Positions 19,687 through 29,000 of a stretch of DNA of 64,000 nucleotides are shown piece after piece. The DNA comes from Planctomycetota bacterium (lineage in GTDB: Bacteria > Planctomycetota > UBA8108 > SXIK01). Made by a program: the position numbers and the translations under genes. A model generated the notes under the pieces. The model saw only the letters and a program-made list of their open reading frames with translations, had not been told where the DNA came from and ran no database searches. The stretch covers positions 6,144,001 through 6,208,000 of the forward strand of contig CBDCXR010000004.1 of assembly GCA_965223845.1 (NCBI GenBank). The letters run 5' to 3'. The stretch's first letter is position 1, and the number at the start of each line of letters is the position of its first letter.

Positions 19687-20640
19687 TCAGTTGGCTGGCC
19701 ATACACCGTCCGCCCAGAGACGGGTGTTGATTGCCGGGCAGTTGTTGTTCGACGCCCCGTGCGTGCAGTTGCGCGTTGGAAGACCCGGACGCGCGTTGTA
19801 CGTCGTGTTGAGCGCCGAGTTGCCGTCGAGATGCATACGGAAGAGCTGGCCTTCCGTGATGAACTCCCTCGTGCTGCTCGCGCTGTGCATGATGTTCGTC
19901 TGATCGAACGTCGCCTGGCCGTTCGTGTGCTCGAGGTCGAAGTTGTGGCCGAACTCGTGGACGAGAAGCTCGTCGTTCGTCGCTCGCCCCATCGCTACGA
20001 AGTCGCTCCCAAATGCGCAGGCCTGACCGCGACCGGTGCCGCCGTCGACCGTATCCACCCAGTAGATATTGATCCGATTCGCTCGGCGACCGATGTCGGT
20101 TTGAATCCCGGCGCGGAGCCCGCAATTGAAATTGAAGTAGGTCGGAGCATCGGGATCGCCGGTCGCGTTCACGATCTCGATCGCGGAGAAGCCGATCCCC
20201 ATTCGCTCGTTGTTCCAGATCGTCGCCGTCGTGAGGAGGTGATTGAGCGCCAGGTTTCGCTGGGGAATGAACGGGCCGCGAACGATCCACACGGTCACCG
20301 GAATGAGGATGCGATTCGGGAAGTCGACCCGAACGCGGTCGAACGCCGAGCTAGTCCAGCCGACGTTCTCTTCGAGCGCGACGGGTCGTCCGTTCGTGAA
20401 CGCGGTGACTTCCTCGTTCGACGCGGAACCCGCGTTGATGCGGCCGATCCACCGGCGCCGGTTCGTCGAGCGGTAGCGCTGGTCGTTGACCGGACCGCCC
20501 GCACGGGTCCCGTCGACGAGCATTCCCCATTCGGTGGGGAGCGGCGCGTTCACCACCTCGACGGAATCGCAGCCGGCGAGACCGACTCCGAGCACAAAGC
20601 AACAAATCGATCGCGAAACAATGGCTGATCGCTCGATCAT
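19687..20640 (-). CDS. Lipoprotein zinc metalloprotease (metzincin-like)
   Basis: Lipobox LAGC; HEFGHNFDLEH followed by Met-turn NIM; GGAGG RBS. Confidence 0.82.
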   Translation of the reverse strand: MIERSAIVSRSICCFVLGVGLAGCDSVEVVNAPLPTEWGMLVDGTRAGGPVNDQRYRSTNRRRWIGRINAGSASNEEVTAFTNGRPVALEENVGWTSSAFDRVRVDFPNRILIPVTVWIVRGPFIPQRNLALNHLLTTATIWNNERMGIGFSAIEIVNATGDPDAPTYFNFNCGLRAGIQTDIGRRANRINIYWVDTVDGGTGRGQACAFGSDFVAMGRATNDELLVHEFGHNFDLEHTNGQATFDQTNIMHSASSTREFITEGQLFRMHLDGNSALNTTYNARPGLPTRNCTHGASNNNCPAINTRLWADGVWPAN

Positions 20641-20758
20641 GGCGACCTCCTACAACAACTCCCGGATTGACGCGGCGACTGCCCTTGAGATCGATAAGAA
20701 CGAGAATCCAGCCGGCGTAACACGATTTCTCGGCGAAAACATCGCCAAGGATCTCTCG

Positions 20759-21610
20759 CTACTCGGGCGAACGCTGGTCGGACCCGCCGAGAGCCTCCCG
20801 CAGCGCCCGCGCGAGCGCGATCGTCCGCTCGTGGTCCGCGATCGCATCTTCGTCGACGTCCTTCCGACCGGCGTACGTCGCTCGGAGCTCATCGCTGAAA
20901 AACGAGCGGTCGCCCGACTTGTAGCGCTGGAGGTCTTCTTCGTATGCGGCTGCGACGTTTTCGAGAAACCGGCGGCATTCATCCCGGCTTCCCGGGCGGT
21001 GGCTCCGGACGAAATCGGTGAGGAACGAGACGCAGCTCGTGAGGTCCTCGTTCGTCCGTCGGCTGGCCTCGAGGAGATCTGGAATGAGGCGGGCGCTTCC
21101 GGCGCGCTTCCAGATTCGATCGCGAAAGAGGCAGCGCACCTCCGGTGGAAGGGGTCGATACGCGCTGCACTCGCTCGGGAGCGGCGAATCGATGTGAGTG
21201 AGGCGAACGAAGCGCTCGATGATCACCGGAGGCACCGGAAACTGAAGGGTCCTTCCTTCGATCTCGAGAACGAACTTGAGGCCCTGCTCGACGAGCGCTT
21301 CGACCACCTCCGCGATGTGATCGGCGTCGAGATGGCCCTCGCCGAGGACGTCCTCGAAGCGCTCACGCGTCTCGCGCGTCGGGGTGAAGAGCGGCGAGAG
21401 GAGCAGCTCGAGCTCGTAGCCTTCGAGCGTCGCGAGCTCCCGCTGGAGCCACGAGACGGTTTCGCCAGCCGGCACGTCGTGCTGGCTTCGAAGGTACTCG
21501 GCGACTTGCGGCGTGAGCGCGCGCGGAGCGCAGAGCAGCTCGCGCGCGACGTCGACGACCGCGCTCAGCTCAGGCGTTCGCGGCCTCGCGAGCTTCTTTG
21601 ATGTCGGCAT
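20759..21610 (-). CDS. Hypothetical protein directly downstream of the oxidoreductase genes (start uncertain)
   Basis: 283-aa ORF with globular composition overlapping the 3' end of the beta-subunit gene; no motif recognised. Confidence 0.6.
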   Translation of the reverse strand: MPTSKKLARPRTPELSAVVDVARELLCAPRALTPQVAEYLRSQHDVPAGETVSWLQRELATLEGYELELLLSPLFTPTRETRERFEDVLGEGHLDADHIAEVVEALVEQGLKFVLEIEGRTLQFPVPPVIIERFVRLTHIDSPLPSECSAYRPLPPEVRCLFRDRIWKRAGSARLIPDLLEASRRTNEDLTSCVSFLTDFVRSHRPGSRDECRRFLENVAAAYEEDLQRYKSGDRSFFSDELRATYAGRKDVDEDAIADHERTIALARALREALGGSDQRSPE

Positions 21611-23225
21611 TTTCGATCCCCGCGAGCTCCTGTAGGCGCCGCCAGTTTTGGAGGCGCTCCTTCTGGGCCTTCAGGATCACTTCCGTAACGGGATTGCCGT
21701 CTTTATCGAAGTGCTTGCGGAAACGCCCCTCGGTCTTCGCCCACTCGAGAAACGTCACCGGTCGGTCGGAACCGTCGGCCGCCTTGCGCACGTACCAGTC
21801 GCGCTGAGCGCTCGGGTTTCCTGCGAGCGAGAGACACTCCTTGATCGAGTCTCCCTTGTCCGGATCGTACGTGAAGACCGGGAACGCGCGCGATTCGACT
21901 GCGAGGCGCGCCTGCGCGCCCGCCATGTCGTCCGCGACGCCGTGCTCGGGCTGACAGGTCGTGAAGACGTTGATCACCGCCGGGCCGCGGAATGCGTTCG
22001 CGCGCTCGATCGCTCCGTAGAAGTGTTTCGCCATCGGTCCGACCGTCTGCGCGACGTAGGTGCGCGGGTGGAAGATGGAGAGGATGCCGAGCTCCTTTCG
22101 CGCTTCGACCTTGCCGTGAACGGCCTTGCCGTGCGAGCTCATCTTCGCCTCTTGGCCGACGAAGGTCGCCGTCGAGGTCTGACCGCCGGTGTTCGAGTAC
22201 ACCTGCGTATCGAGGACGAGCACCTTGATGTTCATGCCGGAGGTGAGGAGGCGCGAGAGCGACTGAAAGCCGATGTCGAGCATCGCGCCGTCGCCGCCGA
22301 CCACCCAGAGCGGCCAGTCCTCGTGACCCATCGCGTCCCAGCACGCGCGGATCCCCATCGCATCGGCCGGCGCATTCTCGAAGAGGGGGTTCGTCCACGG
22401 GACCATGAACGGATTGTAGGGATAGGTCGAGCCGTAGACGGTGTTGCAGCCCGTCGCAGCGACGATGCCCCAGTTGTTGCCGTAGACTTCGGACGTCGCG
22501 GCCATGAACTGACGCAGGACGGACGCCTCGCCGCACCCCATGCAGCTCCCCGCACCGCCGACGTACGACAGGTTGTCGTCGTTCAGCATCAAGTCGCGCT
22601 TGTCCTTGACGACGCGGTGTTCCGGTTTCGTGTTCGGAAGTGCGCCGTAGAACTCGAACGTCTCGAGGAAGCGCGGCAGATTGTCGGGCGTCTTCTTGAT
22701 CATTCGCAGCGCGTCGTGATCGCCGCACACCTCGACGCACTCGGCGCAGCCCTTGCATTTCGTCGGATCGATGAAGATCCCGAACCACGCGCCCTCGGGC
22801 AACTCCGGTTTCTTGGCGCGTTTCTTTTCGTACGACGTGAAGTACTTCGTCGTCTCGACGAATTGCTCCTTCAGGAAATCGCGCAGATCCTCGTTTTCGA
22901 CCTCATCGCACTGGTTCTCGACGATCTCGCGCGGGATCGCCTTCGCTAGGATCGCCGTGTCGGGGCAGTTCGTCACGCAGTCCATGCAGCCGACGCAGGC
23001 TTCGGCATTGAACTCGGGGAGTTCGGGGGCGATGTAGCTGAAGTCGCGCGCGCGACCCGTTCCCGCGGGGATGATCGAGCGCGCGACGAAGGCGTCGGCT
23101 TCGAGCGAAGACCCGCTCCCCCGGTTGTACGCCTCGACGACCTCGTTCGCGCGGTCGAAGTCGAACCAATCGTCGACCGAGTACACCTTCGAGCTGAGAG
23201 TGGACGACTGTCGCGTGTCCTTCAT
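21570..23225 (-). CDS. Pyruvate/2-oxoacid:ferredoxin oxidoreductase, ferredoxin (delta) plus TPP-binding (beta) domains
   Basis: CVGCMDCVTNCP, CKGCAECVEVC, GAGSCMGCGE, ATGC, GGDGAMLDIG, VLDTQVYSNTGGQ. Confidence 0.9.
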   Translation of the reverse strand: MKDTRQSSTLSSKVYSVDDWFDFDRANEVVEAYNRGSGSSLEADAFVARSIIPAGTGRARDFSYIAPELPEFNAEACVGCMDCVTNCPDTAILAKAIPREIVENQCDEVENEDLRDFLKEQFVETTKYFTSYEKKRAKKPELPEGAWFGIFIDPTKCKGCAECVEVCGDHDALRMIKKTPDNLPRFLETFEFYGALPNTKPEHRVVKDKRDLMLNDDNLSYVGGAGSCMGCGEASVLRQFMAATSEVYGNNWGIVAATGCNTVYGSTYPYNPFMVPWTNPLFENAPADAMGIRACWDAMGHEDWPLWVVGGDGAMLDIGFQSLSRLLTSGMNIKVLVLDTQVYSNTGGQTSTATFVGQEAKMSSHGKAVHGKVEARKELGILSIFHPRTYVAQTVGPMAKHFYGAIERANAFRGPAVINVFTTCQPEHGVADDMAGAQARLAVESRAFPVFTYDPDKGDSIKECLSLAGNPSAQRDWYVRKAADGSDRPVTFLEWAKTEGRFRKHFDKDGNPVTEVILKAQKERLQNWRRLQELAGIENADIKEAREAANA

Positions 23226-23243
23226 AACCGATCCTTGACTGGC

Positions 23244-25313
23244 CTAGATAAAGAACGCGTTCGTATCTTTTCCCTTCGCTTCCCACTCTGCTCGACCGAG
23301 CTCGATCGTCGCCGGGTCGGTCGCTTCCATGAGCGAACGCGGGACCTCGAAGACTTCCTCGTAGCCCATCTTCACGGCGCGAAGATTGTCCTGAATCACC
23401 TGGTCGCCGCGCTTCCCGAAGTAGTACCGGAGCGGCGTTTCCACGCGTTTGAAGAGCTCCTCATTCTCGATGCCCGATTCATCCTTGAAGGGCGTGACTT
23501 TGAGGAAAACGCCGAGGAGAACGATTCCCTGGAACCGCTGGACGAGTGAGTCGTCCGCGCGGCAACACGCGCGCGCAATCCGCACGGTGTCGACGGCGTA
23601 GAAGCGGATGTTGTTCTCGATGAAGAAGTACTTCGCCCAGTGCGGAATCGAATTCCAGAGCGCTTCGACCTCTTCCGTGTCCGTATGCTGAAACACGGCT
23701 CCGCTCGGCCCGAGGCCGACGAGCGGATTTCCCATGTTCCAGGTGTTCGGATCCATGAGCGGAACGAACTCGACCTGCTGGAGCTCGGAGTGCGTTTGGA
23801 TCTTTCCCGAGCGCGTGACGGTCAGATACGTATTCGTCGGGAGGCCCTTCTTCTCCGAGCCGTACTTCGGCGACGCCTGAACGGAGAAGCCGAAAATGTC
23901 GCCGAGCGATTTCGCGATGACCTTGTTGGTGGTGACCGAGCCGTAGCCGCCGACCGAGTGCCCCCGAATCGAGAACGATCCGGGCGGCCGAACGTCCGGC
24001 TCGTCGTCGACGGGGAGCGTGTTCTCGTAGTCGACGCCGAGGACGAAGAAGCGCTTTCCACGAGCTCCGGTGAGTCGATTGACGGGACCCTCCGCCATGT
24101 TCTTTACGCACGCGACCATCTGTCCCGGCGTCACGTCGCGCGAGCCGAGACCCGCGCAGCCGGAGTAGACCCGAGGAACGCGTGAGATCGAGGGGTAACC
24201 CTCGAGTCCCATGGCCGCCTTCGCGAACGCGGCTTCGAGCTCGGCCGTGAGCGGATTGTCGACCGCGAGGGGAACGTCGAGTCGTTCGATCACGCTGATC
24301 GCCTGAGTGTTCTTGAGCGCCTCGACGAGCTCGGCACCGGGGAACGGACGGAACGAGACGACGTTGACGACGCCCGCGCGGTAGCCGAGCGAGCGCAGGT
24401 GATCGATGGTCGCGATCGCCGTGTCCGCGGTCGACCCCATCGAGACGATCGCGAAGTCGGCGTCCTCCATCCCCACGGTCTCGATCAGACCGTATTTTCG
24501 GCCGGTGAGACGCCCGAACTCGTCCATCGCCTTCACGAGAAACTCGGGAACGCGATCGTAGTAGAGTCGCTGCGCGATCTTTCCCGTCATGTAGCTGTCT
24601 TGGTTTTGCACGACGCCGCTCATGAGCGGATTCCGCGGATCGAAGACGCGCTGGATGCGTTCCTCCGGGCGACCGAGGTACTCGCGGATGAGATCGTCCT
24701 CCGGGAAGAGGACGTTTTCGATCGTGTGCGTCGTGAGGAAACCGTCCTGGATGTTCATGAACGGCGTGAGCGAATCTTCCGCCGCGCGACGGCTGATCAG
24801 CGCGAAGTCACCGGCTTCCTGCACGTTCTTCGCAAAGAGCATCCCCCAGCCGCAATCGACGACCGCCATGACGTCGTCGTGGCCCGCGTGGACGTTGAGC
24901 GAGTGCGATGTCAGTGCGCGAGCGGCGATGTGGAACACGATCGGGAGACGCTTTCCCGAGATCGTGTAGAGGACCTCTTTCATGAGGACGAGGCCCTGTC
25001 CCGAAGTGAAGTTCGTCACCCGCCCCCCCGCGAGCGCGAATCCTTCGCAGCCTGTCGCGGAGGAGTGCTCGGACTCCATCTCCATCCACTGGAGAGGCTG
25101 TCCCCACACATTGCGGACGCCGTCGGCCACCGCGGCTTGGTAGCCCACCCCCATCTGGGTCGAGGAGGTGATGGGATACGCGGCCGAGCCCTGCGTGCCG
25201 CGCGTCTCCACGTAGACGATCATGGCGGTGCCGTCCGCCGTGCCGACCACGCCCGGGTACTGCGCCGTTTGCTCAGGGGCCACCGGCTCGCTGAGCGGGA
25301 CTTCCACCTTCAT
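23244..25313 (-). CDS. Pyruvate/2-oxoacid:ferredoxin oxidoreductase, alpha plus gamma domains
   Basis: YPITSST, MESEHS, FTSGQGLVLM, HIAARAL, DGFLTTH, GHSVGGYGSVTTNK, YGSEKKGLPT. Confidence 0.9.
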   Translation of the reverse strand: MKVEVPLSEPVAPEQTAQYPGVVGTADGTAMIVYVETRGTQGSAAYPITSSTQMGVGYQAAVADGVRNVWGQPLQWMEMESEHSSATGCEGFALAGGRVTNFTSGQGLVLMKEVLYTISGKRLPIVFHIAARALTSHSLNVHAGHDDVMAVVDCGWGMLFAKNVQEAGDFALISRRAAEDSLTPFMNIQDGFLTTHTIENVLFPEDDLIREYLGRPEERIQRVFDPRNPLMSGVVQNQDSYMTGKIAQRLYYDRVPEFLVKAMDEFGRLTGRKYGLIETVGMEDADFAIVSMGSTADTAIATIDHLRSLGYRAGVVNVVSFRPFPGAELVEALKNTQAISVIERLDVPLAVDNPLTAELEAAFAKAAMGLEGYPSISRVPRVYSGCAGLGSRDVTPGQMVACVKNMAEGPVNRLTGARGKRFFVLGVDYENTLPVDDEPDVRPPGSFSIRGHSVGGYGSVTTNKVIAKSLGDIFGFSVQASPKYGSEKKGLPTNTYLTVTRSGKIQTHSELQQVEFVPLMDPNTWNMGNPLVGLGPSGAVFQHTDTEEVEALWNSIPHWAKYFFIENNIRFYAVDTVRIARACCRADDSLVQRFQGIVLLGVFLKVTPFKDESGIENEELFKRVETPLRYYFGKRGDQVIQDNLRAVKMGYEEVFEVPRSLMEATDPATIELGRAEWEAKGKDTNAFFI

Positions 25314-26027
25314 ACGCTAGCTCCGACCGTTCTTTTCCCGCGGGCAGCGGAGCCGAGGCAAGCGTACGAAATCGAAAACCTTCCGCCCGCGCGGGGCGCG
25401 TCCAGGCGAAAGGCGCCTTGGGAAGTCCGCTGCGATCTGTCCGAGTTGTTGGTTCTCCCGGGTCTGGGGAAGTGGGTCCACGCCAGTTCGGGACTCGGCC
25501 ATCAGGATACGCGGTCGGGTGGGTTGGGGGTATGGGTTTTTAGGGGAACGCCCCTGTGAAGCAATCGTAAATGCCGTCGCCATGGGGGGATGCGGGCGGT
25601 CGGTGAACCCCCGTTCCCGGCGGTCATCGATCGCGAAGACGTGGTTGACGGAGGCCGTCCGGGTGGGAGCGACTCCGCGAATCCGAGAGCCCGGAATCGA
25701 GGATCCGGGTCGGCCCGCGGGGGCGTCTCTCGGCCGGGGAGCGTCTCGAATCTGTGTCGCCGCCGTGGCGGTCCCGGTTGCGCTCCGCTCGAGCTCAGTC
25801 GCCGATAGCGGAGTTCAACGAATCGTCGGGCGACGTTCGACGTGAATGAGCTCGAGGCCGGGACGATTTCGCCCGCACTTAGCTAGCCCGTTGTTCGGGG
25901 CGGCGTTCGTCGATGGCGGCACAAGGAATGTTAAGCTGTAAGCCTTACCTCAGTCGGCATAGTTCGCTCACTCAAGATCTTCTCGAGCGGGCGAACGAGA
26001 CTCAATCCCACTTTGGTGAATGGGCAG

Positions 26028-29000
26028 ATGGACGAACAACTCGATGTCATCAATCAACTTTCTGAGGCCTGGCAAACCGGGCACGCGATCGTTCCATTTC
26101 TCGGGGCGGGCATCTCGATCGGTGCGGGAGTGCCGACGATTTCGCAGCTGAAGGAATACTTCGCGAAATTCAGATTCTACGTAGAGAACGGAGCATACGG
26201 TCCTTCCGATCGACGGTTCAAGTTTCGCGGGCAAGCTGCCGCCAATCCCAGCGAGTACCTAACGGATTTCGGCTGGCCCGATCCCTACCAGCTCGAAGCG
26301 GACTTGTGGTACTGGTTTGACGAGTCGCATCGGTCGAACCCGGATAAGCACCTGCCGTGCGGACGCGATCAGCTCGACAAGGTCGTGCAGGACACGATAC
26401 TTCGCGAGATCCGTCATGAAGAGCCGGGTCTCGTCGATGCGATCCGACGCGGAGCCCACCCGATCTCCGTGTCTGGAAACTGGCACGCTCTCCTGGGACA
26501 GCTAACCGGTGGCAATCTCGACTACGTCGACGCACTCTTCGATCGGTTGTCGAAGGGCCGGGAACCTGGCGCTGCACACACCTATCTCGCGTTTCTCTCT
26601 CAGTTGATGGGATGGCAGCTCTTCCTGACGATCAACTTCGACAGTCTTCTCGAAGAGGCGCTGCGCGCGGAGGGCTTGGTGCCAAAAGTGTTCGATGTAT
26701 TTCGTGACGCTTCACTTCCGCACGACTCGCTCGTAAGAGGGCACCTCGCCGTAGTCAAGCTCCACGGCGGGGCGTACGGACTCAGGACAGGTGAACGGCT
26801 TGACTATGCCCTCGAACCGGAGAGCCGCGATCGTCTACTTCGCTATATTCCGATCGACGGCATCGTGTTGGTACTCGGCTTCGGTGGCTCCGAGCGACGG
26901 ATGACCCAGCTCATGGAGCAGCTTATCATCCGCGGCGGCTCGGCAAGAGGACCCTATCCGAGCGTGATTTGGCTCTATGCCGAGTCGACACCCCCGCCCG
27001 CACTCGTATGGCTCCAAGAGAGGGCTTCGAGTTTTGGAAGCGACCGGGAACGAATTCTCCGCTCTTGTCGGATCAGCGACGCCGGGCGGTTTCTGAACGA
27101 GCTCTACTGTCGCGTCGCGAGTACGCATCCGGCGGGTGCTCAGATGTACCCCATCGGCAGCGTTCGCCCGATCGGCGTGAGCGCTCGCGTGGAAACACTC
27201 GCTCCGAGCGACGACGGGAAAACCGAGAGCGAGTCTGGAGGCGAGGCGAACGGTGACGGAAGACTCCGCGAGCCCGCGGCGACCGCGAAACTGGAACCGG
27301 ACGCACGGCCTGACGAAGGAGTAGATGACGGCGGACAAACGGAAAATGAGACCGAGGACTGGGCTGAATTCGTCGAGCGTCCCGTGCAGATTTTCACCTC
27401 CATCAAGTCAAGCGATGAAATCGGAACTTCTTCGGAGCTCGAGAGTTCGGTGATGATGACAGAGTTCGTGGCTGAGCTCGGCCCTCGGTACCGAACCATT
27501 TGGATTGATTTCGAGCAACACCACACAGTCGACGGCGTCGTCACGGAGATTGTCGATCGGCTTCGTCAATACGACACGGCTCTCGCGCCATTCGTCGTTC
27601 CGTCCGGTGACGAAACAAGAGAGAACTATTCCTCCGCCGTCCGTCGAGTCCGCATGGCGCTGAGGAGGGGCCGGTACGTACTCGCGTTTGACTCGGTCGC
27701 GGCGTTTGCCCGCCCCGAAACCGTTCACCACGGCGTCCCGGAGTGCCCCACAGATCCTGAGAAACAGGACGACGAGTCCAAACGTCTAACGAGGCGGGTC
27801 GGCTCGTTGAATTCGTTTCTCACCGAGCTGTGCGCGATTGGCGTAAAAGACTCGCGGGTCGTTGCTGCAGAAGCGATCAAGGACAGCTATTTGTGCATCG
27901 CCGTCGACGAGCCTAGGAGCCGATTCGGTAAAGACCCGAACGATAAACACCTAGACATCGTCCGTTCCGCGATCAGCAAGTTCTACAAAGAAGCCGACCG
28001 GGAATCTAATAAGAAGCGAGAGCAGGGATTGGCGCCTCCGCACGTCGCGCTGCGAGGGCCACTGCACGCGAGCGCCATGCCGAGCCCGAGTCCCCCCCCG
28101 AACGTTTGCTCGGCGGAACTCATTCGCGGTTATTTGCGACGGGGCATTGTCGAACCGAGCGACGTCGGTTCGTCGCTGACGAGCACCGCGCTTCTCATTC
28201 TCTCGTTCTTCCGCAAACCGCCAAGCGTCGTGGCGGTGCGCTCGTTGCTAGCGGACGCGTGCCCGCTAGAAAACGATCTCGCGCCTCAGCAGAGGCAAGT
28301 GTACGCGAAGATCGACAAATTGCTTGAGGACCTTCAGAGCGAAGGCCATCTCGCGCGCCTCGAAGGGGGTGCGTACTGGATTAGCCGAATCAAGCGAGAT
28401 CTCGTCTATGAAAGTTGGTTGAAGCTCTCCTACCCTTCCGAAGTTCGAAATCTCTGCAAGCAACTGATTCCAATGCAGCAACTCACGGTCGAACAAGATG
28501 ACTTGGTCCGAAACACCGCGATCGAGCTTTTCTTTGTTTGCACCCAGCACAGACGAATCGCGAAGTACTACTACACGGAGCTCTTCTTTGCCTCGAAAGA
28601 CGTCGGGGCGTTCTTCGAGTATCTTTACCATCGGGTTTCATCGATCCGCTATTTGCGCTTGCTCCAACTGCTAGTTGTATCGACGAACTCCAGAAATTGG
28701 ATTCGAGAGAGAATCCGCCCGACGACGGAAGCTCCTCGATTTTCGGGGGAAGATCCACTGGAAGCGTTCGGGGGATCCTTCGACGAACTCCTCAAAGTGA
28801 ACGACGCATCCGTCGTGTACTCGGAGCTCGTAGCGTCCGAGATTCGTTCGCTGCGCCAGACCCTTCACCGAGAGCGAGAATCGATTCTCGCGAGTGCGCC
28901 GGCCGACACCTGGATCGGCTGGATTCGCCGAATCGAGACGCACGATCTCGACGATTTTCGCTTCGCCCTGAGTCCGCTCAAATCATCGGACGGCGTCGAG

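Noticed and set aside
25917-25926. CGGCACAAGG upstream of the SIR2 gene, matching the tail of the 49.7-kb repeat
   Set aside because: Only 10 bp, no hairpin, plausible by chance; spacing does not fit a sigma-54 GG-N10-GC promoter.
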